Positions 1-8,858 of a stretch of 20,000 nucleotides of DNA are shown in pieces. The translations under genes were made by a program, and so were the position numbers. The stretch comes from Craspedostauros australis (taxonomy: Eukaryota). Positions within the stretch are counted from its first letter, which is position 1. The number at the start of each line of letters is the position of its first letter. A model generated the notes under the pieces. That model made no database searches and was not told where the DNA came from. It saw only the letters and a program-made list of their open reading frames with translations. The stretch covers positions 44,374 through 64,373 of the forward strand of contig JALAGF010000414.1 of NCBI GenBank assembly GCA_030167865.1, written 5' to 3'.

Positions 1-1
1 C

Positions 2-334
2 ATCGACGATTTTGTCGCGTCCGACATCACGGACAAGACTGATGCGGGCATGCAGGAGTTTGCAAAGTCATGGCTCGCTAACTCCTTGTTCACGCCATCC
101 GATCTGCGCTCCGTGGGACAGAAATTCGGATTGGAGGTCGCCGAGAATCGTGATCTGACGAAGGAATACCGCATCATCGAACTGAACTATCGCAATCAGA
201 AACCCAACATCCACCCGTTCGGCGGTCGCACGCACCAAGGGTGGATGGGATCGAAGTGGCGGCAGAGGTTGACAGTGGAAGGCAAGCTCACGTACAATCT
301 GATGGTGCTGCAAAAGGCTGCCGCGGATGCATGA
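2..334 (+). CDS. 3' end of a probable class I SAM-dependent methyltransferase (5'-truncated by the window)
   Basis: The frame is open from base 2 (IDDFVASDITDKTDAGMQEFAKSW...GLEVAENRDLT...TYNLMVLQK*). An 'IDDF' strand, 'xGLEV..xxDLT' and a terminal 'Y.L.V.QK' strand resemble the C-terminal half of sterol/tocopherol/CFA-type methyltransferases. The SAM-binding motif lies outside the window, so the family call is tentative. Confidence 0.55.
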   Translation: MDDFVASDITDKTDAGMQEFAKSWLANSLFTPSDLRSVGQKFGLEVAENRDLTKEYRIIELNYRNQKPNIHPFGGRTHQGWMGSKWRQRLTVEGKLTYNLMVLQKAAADA

Positions 335-350
335 AGGTCGCGTCTTCCCC

Positions 351-368
351 AGAGAGAGAGAGAGAGAG
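351..368. repeat. (AG)9 microsatellite in the 3' flank of the first gene
   Basis: agagagagagagagagag read directly. Confidence 0.9.
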
Positions 369-793
369 GCGGGTTTTGAAGCGTGACACTGTTGCACTTG
401 GTATGTACTAATACGAGCGGTTTTCAGCCAGAGACTATGCGGAACGGAATTTGAGATTGATCCACCCGATCCATCCTCGTCATTTAGTCCGTTGAATCGA
501 TCTACTGTTTTAGTCCCGCAGAACCGAAACGCCAATGACTGAAATCGAAAAAGACCCAACAGCCCAACACAAACAAACAACAAGATCGAACGCGCGTGGT
601 TTCGTGTGTGCCGAGAACGCAATGATCGCGCACAACGCAACAACACCAAACAAGACAGCAAGAAACACAACGACAACAACAGAGAAGCAAAGACACAGAG
701 TCACAGCAAAGACCCACACCGCAGCAACGCAGGCATCAAGAAGAACACAAAGGCAACAACAACGACAACCATTCGATCCGGATTACCTTCACC

Positions 794-1945
794 ATGTCGG
801 AACCAGATGAGCTTTACACCCTTCGTGCCCAGTTCTGGCTGGGGCACTACGGCATGGCGCTTGAGGAAGCCAAGGCCGTCATGCGATGTCCGATGAGCCC
901 GGCGTTGAAGAGCGAACGTGAGGAACTTGCTCTGCGGTGCCAGCTGGGGTCTGGGCAAAATGACAAGGTCATCGCAGCTGCCCAATCTTCCGCATCCCCA
1001 GGTGAGTCCAGCCGACGTCCCTCACATTTCCCCCCTCCTATTCGCATGACCCAAACGACCCGTCTAGGATCCTCGTACCAAATGGAGATTGATCTCAACC
1101 CGCAATTTTCTCGCATTCACCCCACTCTCACTTTTCTTCCTCTGGATTGCATCCCTTCCATCTCCACTGTCACTTCATTCTGTGCTAACTCCACATACCG
1201 AACGTGTATGGCACCAATACAAAATGCGCATCTATCTGGTGAAACGATGATAAAATGATGTGGATTCGCAGCCATCCGCGCCTTGGGACTCAGAGCCCAG
1301 TTCGACATGATGGATGAGGCAGGAAAGCAGGGCTTGGTCCCGCAGCTTCACACGATGTTGGGCGATGGCGTCACCCCATCCGTGCAGCTGACAGCCGCCC
1401 ACGTCTTCCTGGCCAGCGGCATGAAGAAGGAGGCCTTGCAGTGCGTTCATGAGGGACAGACCATGGAGCACAAGTGCCTTGCGTTGCAGATCTACCTCCA
1501 GATAGACAGACTCGACTTGGCACAGAGCGAGCTCGCCACCATGAAGCGAATGGACGAAGATTCTGTCCTGTCGCAACTGGGCAGCGTTTACATCGCTCTG
1601 GCGACCGGATCCAGCATGGCCAAGGAGGCAGTGCACACCCTCAATCAGCTGTCGGAGCAATACGGACCATCCACCTTCCTGCTCAACCTCATGTCGTGCG
1701 CCTACATGTCCGGCGAGATGTACGAGGCCGCCTTCCAGCAACTCGAACAGGCGCGCACCGACTTTGTCGCCGACAGCGATACCTTGGCCAACATGATCGT
1801 CTGCTCGCAGCATCTCGGAAAGCCAGTCGCACCACTCATCCAGCAACTCAAGACACAGTACCCATCTCACTTCATGGTCAAGGGTCTGGAGATGGTGGAA
1901 GGTGCTTTTGAACGTGAAGCCATTAAGTACAAGGTGACGGCTTAG
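794..1945 (+). CDS. COPE: Coatomer subunit epsilon (epsilon-COP); exons 794..1001 and 1272..1945, 293 aa
   Basis: The N-terminus MSEPDELYTLRAQFWLGHY, the internal QIYLQIDRLDLAQSELATMKRMDEDSVLSQL and DTLANMIVCSQHLGK, and the C-terminal QLKTQYPSHFMV...FER are typical of epsilon-COP. Splicing CAG|gtgagt (1002) to cgcag| (1271) joins the two ORFs in frame (...ASP-A-IRALGLRAQF...). The spliced CDS is 882 nt. Confidence 0.93.
1002..1271 (+). other. Spliceosomal GT-AG intron (270 nt, phase 1) of COPE
   Basis: Donor gtgagt at 1002, branch-like gctaac at 1184-1189, acceptor cag ending at 1271. Removing it restores a continuous COPE frame. Confidence 0.85.
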
Positions 1946-3684
1946 AGAGGGAAACGTGCAAGATGATAACGATAGAGAAGGAAGAATGGAGAAAGGATTG
2001 GGTGAAACTGATCGGCGTGATAATGCATTCCACATAGTACCATCGCCAATACTATTGGCACACAAACTGAGCCAAGCCAAGATCCAAACCAGCCAAGCCC
2101 CCAATCAACCTCCCAGCCTCTTCCCCACAAGGATACAAAGCTGTTTGTCAATGGACTGGTTATACGAGCTGGAATGGGACTCTAGATGAGATTGTGCCTC
2201 TTGTTGTTGCTTCCGTCTCCTTCTGCTCTTGGGTATCGCTCCGTCCACTTGTGCCTCGACTCTGTTGCCCAACATACAAATCGAGTGGAGTACATCTCTC
2301 TCCAGACGCCTCTGGCACCTGTTCACCTGGCAAGGAAGGCGCCCCAGATATCTGCCGTGCTGCTGAGATACGCCACCACCTCCTTGCGACGTTTAGTGCT
2401 CGTGTTTAGATACATTCGAGTCAGTTGGCGGTGTTCTGCAAGTTTGTGGTTCGTCTGCGACAGATTCCTGCGACCTCCGCCAATTCCCACCGACAATCTT
2501 GGAAGCGGCTTCCTGTGAACGCCCACCCCAATTGTCCAGGCATGATCAATGGCCGCCATTCTGCTCTCTGGGAGCGACTCCATGACGGACAAGTGTCTCA
2601 ACCTCGCACCCAAAGAAGTCTCCGCCTCTCTGGTCACCCCTGTGGACCGTCGTCCAAGACCCGTCCACCTCACGATCACTCCTCGAACTGATGTAACAGT
2701 TGGCTTCGTGTTCCGAAAGCGGCGAACTTACCTGTCACGCCACATAACACCTATGGAGCGTACCATGGATCGTACCACACATCCAGGCAGCGGCTACTGA
2801 TACCGCCGTGCAGGATTGTGGGGGAGCCCGCGCTGCTCTGACATTTTTTGCGGTACCATATCTTGTCTTGTTTTGTATCTGGAGTTTCTGGGTGCGCCTG
2901 GGTGAATCAGTCTTTTGAGAAACTGTCCCGAAAAGGTCATCCGGAGGGGTGAAGCATCTCCCTTTGCAGTTTTATTTGTCGCGACCAGTGTCTCGTGACC
3001 GGATTCTGGAGACGCCGCAACCTCTCGTGTCAGAGTGGGACAGTCATCGCAACAATTGATGCGCCCTGGCCAAGGATGGAAGGACTGTCATTGGCGAGAG
3101 CTCGAATGGCGCCGCGGCTTCGAATAAATGTATGAACTTTCATTTCCTCTCCACCTTTCTCCCCTCACATGAACACACGCAAACGATAGCTTGCGGAGCC
3201 CAATCCACAGGCGGTGCGAGCACATGATGCGCACCTGTACTCTCACGAGCCAGAGCGCACCATCTTTCAGGTGAAGACGCACATGCTGCACAGGGACAAG
3301 AGAGGGCCGAGGCTCAAGGGGAAAAGAGAGCCGTCGACTGGAACAAGGCAAGACGCGAAACATGGGAGAGGTCGACCCCAGACCGAAACGAAAGATCGGC
3401 CAGGGGGGTGTACGCCACATCGACTTTAATTCAGCTTCGCCTCTTGTCAACGCGCACGTTGGCAGATGGGCATGATTTCCTAGTCGCACGTGGAACCCAC
3501 GACGCTGACCTGCCATCACAAAATGAACAGTTCATCAGCGCCACAATTCAATCTCACAAGAAATCTGACGATCAACCCGCCAAGTGACACCGACACCGCC
3601 AACAGCAAGCATATCTCACAAACACCACCAACGTAAGACAGCATTATCCTCGTATTGTATTATAGAATAGGATACTGATATAAT

Positions 3685-6600
3685 ATGACGACCGTCGCAA
3701 GCCCACACGCACTCGGAGGACTATCTTCCATCACGCCTACCACCACCCACAACGAAGATTTCAACGAAGAGACTTTCGAGACGACGAAGATGGGGCCCAC
3801 GCCTCGGCAAGGAGATGCAGGTAGTGGCAATGTGAGTGTTGATGGATCCTCACAATTCAGCAACGGTAACTTGTTTTACCAGGAGCTTGCCTTTGACAAG
3901 GTTGGACTGATCGGAAGAGAGAAGGAGATCCGAGTGCTGAGGCAAGCATTCCATACCACCTGCAGAAAGACCAAACGCAAGTCTTCTTCCATCACCCAAG
4001 CCAATCTTAGCATTGCGGACCATAAGCATGACCAAAAGCAGAAACAGGAGGAGGAACAGGAGCACTCTCTCGTGACAGCTTCAGAGAGCGAACCTTCCCA
4101 TGATCCAAGCATCGAGCAGAACAGCCAAGCAGTCGCAGTGGAGCCGATCTCAAAGCGGACCCTCGTTCTCATTTCGGGCCATTCCGGCAGTGGAAAGACC
4201 GCGCTCGCCATGCATGTGCGGCACATAGCATCAGGCAGCTCCCGCAACGGAGACAGCGACAGTGACGGCGGCCAGCGCGCATTTCACGGATTCTTTGCAT
4301 CCGGCAAGTGCGAGATCTCCCAGAAGAACGCCGAAGAACCCTACGCCGGCATCAGGCCCGCTCTCCTGGATCTGTGCAATCAGATCCTTTGTCTGCCCCG
4401 AGATGACGACGGCGGCGTGTTCGGCGCAGGCCGCCTATCGTCCGATGCTGACACAGCCTCAACAAGATCAGGATCGTCAACAAGCAGCAACCAGAGGTTG
4501 GCAGATGACCCTCGCAGGCTCTGCGACCTCCGAGCGCTTCTGAAGCGCGGGTTGGCCAAAGGAGAGATTCAAGTCCTTTCCAATGTTCTACCAGATCTCC
4601 CACTCGTGATCCACGGCGCTGATTTCGAAGGGATCGATGCCAGCTTCGGAAACACAGGCACCGACATGTCGTATTCCAAAGATGACGAGTCTGTCGCTAG
4701 CATGTCAACGCATCTATCCAACCGCAACAGCCGCGACCCTAGCAAGCCGTGGGGCGATCGCGTTGGCTACAAGGCTCACGGTGATAGACTGAAGTTCGCC
4801 CTGCGACGGTTCGTGCAGATCGTCTGCAACTACTGTCCGCTGATCTTCGTCGTTGACGATCTGCAATGGGCCGACGATGCTTCTCTGGGCATCCTCAATT
4901 CCTGGATGATCGATAGCAGAAACTCTTCGCTCATGGTGATCGGATGCTACCGATCCAACTTGCTCGAGGAGAACCGGACCCTCAAGACCACCCTCGTAGC
5001 ACTCGACGAATCAAAGCGAGAGCGCTCGCTCCGCATCGTCAAGCTTCCTATCCAAGACCTGGAGAAGCATCATATCAACCGGCTTTTGGTGGGCCTTCTT
5101 CGTCCCGAGGAATTCATTCAACGTGACCACCTCGAGAGCAGCACGCATGAGGATGCAACGAATGACAGCTCGGAGTCCGTCCAGGTGCTCGCCAGTATCG
5201 TCCATAGCAAGACGGACGGCAATCCATTCTTCATCCAGCGTTTCCTTCATTCTCTGGTCCACGAACGATTGCTGCAGTACGATGAGACCGCCCACGCATG
5301 GACGTGGGATGACGAAGGCATCCAGGCAGAGTCGCCATCCACCGACAACATCATCGAGTTGCTGAAGGTCAAGCTCATGCAGCTTCGCCATGCCCGTCAG
5401 ATCCTCCCGATCGCAGCCTGCTTGGGAGCATCGTTCTCCTATGCCACGGTCTGCATCGTCATGCGTGGCCTCTCCATCCACTCGGCTCATTCCGCCTTCA
5501 TCATCAAGCTCTTCGGTATCAGCCGCTTCATCTCGGCGAATGAGATCTCGAAGATGCTGCGAGTCTGCGTGCGGGAGGGTCTACTCGAGGGATCGAGCAA
5601 GATGAAGGCGCACGGGTCGTCGTCGTCGTCGTCGTCGTTGTCAACGTCCTCACCTCCATCATCTGGCGCCAAGCATTCCAAGACGTCCTCCAAGAAGAAA
5701 GCCTCGATCTACAACTTCATCCACGACAAGGTCCAAGAGGCTGCGCTCGATCTGGTAGATCCGAATCATCTCCAAGAGCTGAAGTACCGCGTCGGAGAAA
5801 TCTTGCTGTTCGGGCTATCGACAGAAGAACTTGATGACAAGATCTTCATGGTCACCAACCTGCTCAATGCCAGGGCCGATCTCATCCCCGACTACTTCAA
5901 GGGCGATCGTCGGAAGCGAGCCATCATGCTCAATTTCGACGCTGGCAAAAAGGCCATCAGCTGCTCCGCTTTCCGGTTGGCATCCACGTACTTCAAGGTC
6001 GCCATGAACATGATGCCGCCCAACCATTGGGAAGTCATGAAGCAGGAAACGCTGGAGATTTACTCCGCGGCTGCTGAATGCGCATCCGTCAACTCGGACC
6101 TTGCTCGGGCTCGCACGTATTGCGACACCGTCATCAACTCTGGCTGCGATATTCTGGACAAGATCGATGCCTACCTCACCCTGATCGATATTTCTGTGGC
6201 CGGGGCTGAAATGAAAGGCAAAGACTCGGTCGCCAGCGAGATCTGCATCTCCGTCCTTGCTCAGCTTGGTTGCAAGCTGCCCAAGGCTGGATTGAGAAGA
6301 TCCTTCCGCGTCGTCACCTCAGTCTTTGGGCTGAGGCGTCTTGCGCGCTCGATGACGACGGAATCGATCGGAAGTCTTCCTGTAGTCACCGATAGGCAAG
6401 AATTTGCAATCATGGCGATGCTGGGGCGACTCACCACGGCTTCCTTCTTCTCCGACCCAGAACTGATTCCCATCATAACCTTAAAATCCATCCGCCGAAC
6501 GCTGAAGTTTGGTGTGTCAGCGCAGTCAGCGAAGGCCGTCATGTTCCATGGCATCATCATGGGGTCCGTTATGGATGACTTTCAGGCCAGGAGCAACCTC

Positions 6601-7587
6601 GCGAAGGTTCTGTTCAAGATGGTGGACATGGTGAACGATCCAAACACGACGCTAGAAGCCTCCAATGCTTGCGAATCCATGCTGCAGCACTGGACGCAAC
6701 CGATTGAGGATACGAAAGACACATTCATGGAGACATATCACACTGGCATGGCAATCGGGGAAGTGGAAACCGCGGGATGGGCCGTATTGACTTCCCTGGG
6801 CGTTGATCTCATCATCGGGACACCTCTGCACGAGATCGATGCCATCCACGCGACGTATTCCAAAGTGCTGCTGGACTTCCATCAAAAGCTCCAGCACGCG
6901 TTGATGTTGGTTATGTGGCAAGCCGATCTCAACCTACGTGCTGAGTCGAAGCATCGCATTTTGCTGGTGGGTGACGCGTTCGACGAGCGGTATGCAGCAG
7001 AGGGTAGCAACACAACCATCGTCGAAGCACAAACGAGCGCCATGATCTTGCACAAGATACGCCTGTGCGCGGTACTCGGCGACTACGAAGCAGGAGCCAA
7101 GATGTCGGTGGATGGACTCAAGGCCTATCTGGCATCGTCCATGGGTGGGGCCATGGGGAGCAACCTCATGTTCCACAGCGTCCTTTGCTGGTATGCTGCT
7201 TCGCACGCCAAACCAGCCAACCGCGCATACCGCAAGCTCGCTCGGAAGTACCACAGGCTCCTCAAGGATTGGAAGAAGCAAGGCCACCCCAACTGCCCAC
7301 ATTACATCACCATCCTGGATGCTGAGAAGAGCTACTTGGACGGACGCCTCAACACCGCAAGAGAGCACTACAAAGAGGCCATCAAGGCCGCTGCGAAACG
7401 GGGGTTCATTCACGATCAAGCCATGGCCAGCGAACGCCTCGGCGATTGTTCGATGGACTCCAGAGATGAGAAGAGTGCCAAGCAGTCGTACCGCGAGGCT
7501 GTGCGACTCTTCACGCAATGGGGGGCGATGAGGAAAGTGGACGAGTTGAAAGCGAAGGTGGTACGTATTTTCGACGACTCAGCGTAA
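3685..7587 (+). CDS. Intronless 1300-aa P-loop ATPase (AAA_16/COG3899-like, STAND-type) with C-terminal TPR-like helical region
   Basis: LIGREKE pre-Walker motif, Walker A GHSGSGKT (4177-4200), Walker B LIFVVDDLQWAD (~4840-4875), IGCYR sensor, TDGNPFF (GxP, ~5218-5232) and YNFIHDKVQEAA (winged-helix HD-type motif, ~5716). It ends with A..HY..AI..A...GFIHDQAMASERLG...Y..A...F..WGA..KV..L. This matches the ATPase+TPR core of bacterial multi-sensor kinase/ATPase proteins. Confidence 0.9.
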   Translation: MTTVASPHALGGLSSITPTTTHNEDFNEETFETTKMGPTPRQGDAGSGNVSVDGSSQFSNGNLFYQELAFDKVGLIGREKEIRVLRQAFHTTCRKTKRKSSSITQANLSIADHKHDQKQKQEEEQEHSLVTASESEPSHDPSIEQNSQAVAVEPISKRTLVLISGHSGSGKTALAMHVRHIASGSSRNGDSDSDGGQRAFHGFFASGKCEISQKNAEEPYAGIRPALLDLCNQILCLPRDDDGGVFGAGRLSSDADTASTRSGSSTSSNQRLADDPRRLCDLRALLKRGLAKGEIQVLSNVLPDLPLVIHGADFEGIDASFGNTGTDMSYSKDDESVASMSTHLSNRNSRDPSKPWGDRVGYKAHGDRLKFALRRFVQIVCNYCPLIFVVDDLQWADDASLGILNSWMIDSRNSSLMVIGCYRSNLLEENRTLKTTLVALDESKRERSLRIVKLPIQDLEKHHINRLLVGLLRPEEFIQRDHLESSTHEDATNDSSESVQVLASIVHSKTDGNPFFIQRFLHSLVHERLLQYDETAHAWTWDDEGIQAESPSTDNIIELLKVKLMQLRHARQILPIAACLGASFSYATVCIVMRGLSIHSAHSAFIIKLFGISRFISANEISKMLRVCVREGLLEGSSKMKAHGSSSSSSSLSTSSPPSSGAKHSKTSSKKKASIYNFIHDKVQEAALDLVDPNHLQELKYRVGEILLFGLSTEELDDKIFMVTNLLNARADLIPDYFKGDRRKRAIMLNFDAGKKAISCSAFRLASTYFKVAMNMMPPNHWEVMKQETLEIYSAAAECASVNSDLARARTYCDTVINSGCDILDKIDAYLTLIDISVAGAEMKGKDSVASEICISVLAQLGCKLPKAGLRRSFRVVTSVFGLRRLARSMTTESIGSLPVVTDRQEFAIMAMLGRLTTASFFSDPELIPIITLKSIRRTLKFGVSAQSAKAVMFHGIIMGSVMDDFQARSNLAKVLFKMVDMVNDPNTTLEASNACESMLQHWTQPIEDTKDTFMETYHTGMAIGEVETAGWAVLTSLGVDLIIGTPLHEIDAIHATYSKVLLDFHQKLQHALMLVMWQADLNLRAESKHRILLVGDAFDERYAAEGSNTTIVEAQTSAMILHKIRLCAVLGDYEAGAKMSVDGLKAYLASSMGGAMGSNLMFHSVLCWYAASHAKPANRAYRKLARKYHRLLKDWKKQGHPNCPHYITILDAEKSYLDGRLNTAREHYKEAIKAAAKRGFIHDQAMASERLGDCSMDSRDEKSAKQSYREAVRLFTQWGAMRKVDELKAKVVRIFDDSA

Positions 7588-8858
7588 AGATACGGCTCTG
7601 TGTGGTTTGAGGAGCTCTGGAGTACTCCACTCGTACACTCGTCGAGAGTGCTGTTAGCCATGGGAGGACGCTACCGGTGCAAATGCATGCATGCCGACAT
7701 GCCGGGTTCGAGAATGCGTCAATACCAGGTAGGTATTGCGCAGCGTACGAGAGCAGAGTAGAGTCTTGGGGTTGATCGATGGTGTAAATAGACAGTGTAG
7801 CAAAACACGATTAAAAGTAGAATACTTTACTCCAAGCGCATCTTGCAATGTCATCAAGTTTTGTGCCTGGCTTCCCTTGCCTCGTGCTTTGGTGGAGGAT
7901 CGAGAGGGTCACATTTTAGGCAACCCGAACGAGGCATGACCACCTCAGCTCCACAGGCAATCTCAAAAGTCAGAGCAATACCTTGACATCGCCCTGGCTG
8001 TCATTACTGTATGAGTACAACGTAGCGAATCTCATATTTCAACAGTCGCAAACACTCAGAACGATGAAGTCACAAGGCGACTTCAATGTTTGGGTGCCGC
8101 AAGCAAGTGTTTCTCCCACAGAAACGAGGAAATCTCCACCACCAATACCTCGGTGACGTTCGTCTCCCCACAACCGCATTACAGCTCGTACGGATAGCTC
8201 GCATTGGTGGGTACCGACGGAACCTCTGGTCGCCAACAAAGGCAACGCCAAGAGAGACCCGACATTGATTTGCTCTATTTGGAGGCGCCCGAGTGTGATG
8301 AATGACAGTGTGCGGTACCAGTGGTAACGGGTGCCCCAGCCGCCATTCTCCGGAGCCCAGCAGAGCAAGTGCTTTGCGGCCGCCGTTGGGGGTGCGAAAA
8401 GCTCTCGCAGGCCGCCCGGGTAACCAGCTCATGAACTCGAGTATAGTACTCCGCAACAGGATGACATCCCGACATCGTCTCGCATTCCGCCCATTCTCCA
8501 AAACTTGTGCGCGTGGGAAATGCGATTACTCCACAGTTACTCTACAAGCCAGAGCGTTTCACGGTTGATTCACTCGGACAGGCTTGGAAAACCTTGAATG
8601 AATAAATGCGCCATGTTCGGTCTGCATGTCGGTCGTGCATGGTTTCAATCTACGCTTGCAGGACACTCTACTTGTTCCAACACCAGTCCATCCCAAGTGA
8701 CACGCAGGGATGCCAAAGACCATGCATACTCGTCCTAGTAGAGTGACAGTATATATATTGCATGCCACATACACATAGTAGTGCACTCCATGTTGTAGTT
8801 CCCTCTTCCGTTCGTACGAGTTTCTTCTCGCAGATACTCGTATGGCGCCGTGCACTAT

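Noticed and set aside
535..790. CA-rich ORFs on both strands upstream of COPE
   Set aside because: Low-complexity promoter/5' UTR sequence; translations are compositionally biased.
794..1258. 154-aa read-through ORF and separate 220-aa ORF at 1283
   Set aside because: Both are parts of the spliced COPE gene; the read-through portion is intron.
1235..1271. Box C-like (TGATGA/ATGATG-type) motifs in the COPE intron suggesting a snoRNA
   Set aside because: No downstream box D (CTGA) or terminal stem before the acceptor.
1232..2104. 290-aa minus-strand ORF
   Set aside because: Antisense shadow of COPE exon 2.
2725..2860. AACTTACCTG resembling the U1 snRNA 5' end
   Set aside because: No U1-70K loop (GATCACGAAG) or U1A loop (ATTGCAC). 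It is more likely a chance match or a minus-strand splice donor, and I could not build a convincing gene around it.
2105..3600. Several short ORFs between COPE and the ATPase
   Set aside because: No recognisable motifs, and they overlap in conflicting frames.
7600..8850. Short ORFs between the convergent ATPase and repeat-protein genes
   Set aside because: No recognisable homology or structure; treated as UTR/intergenic.
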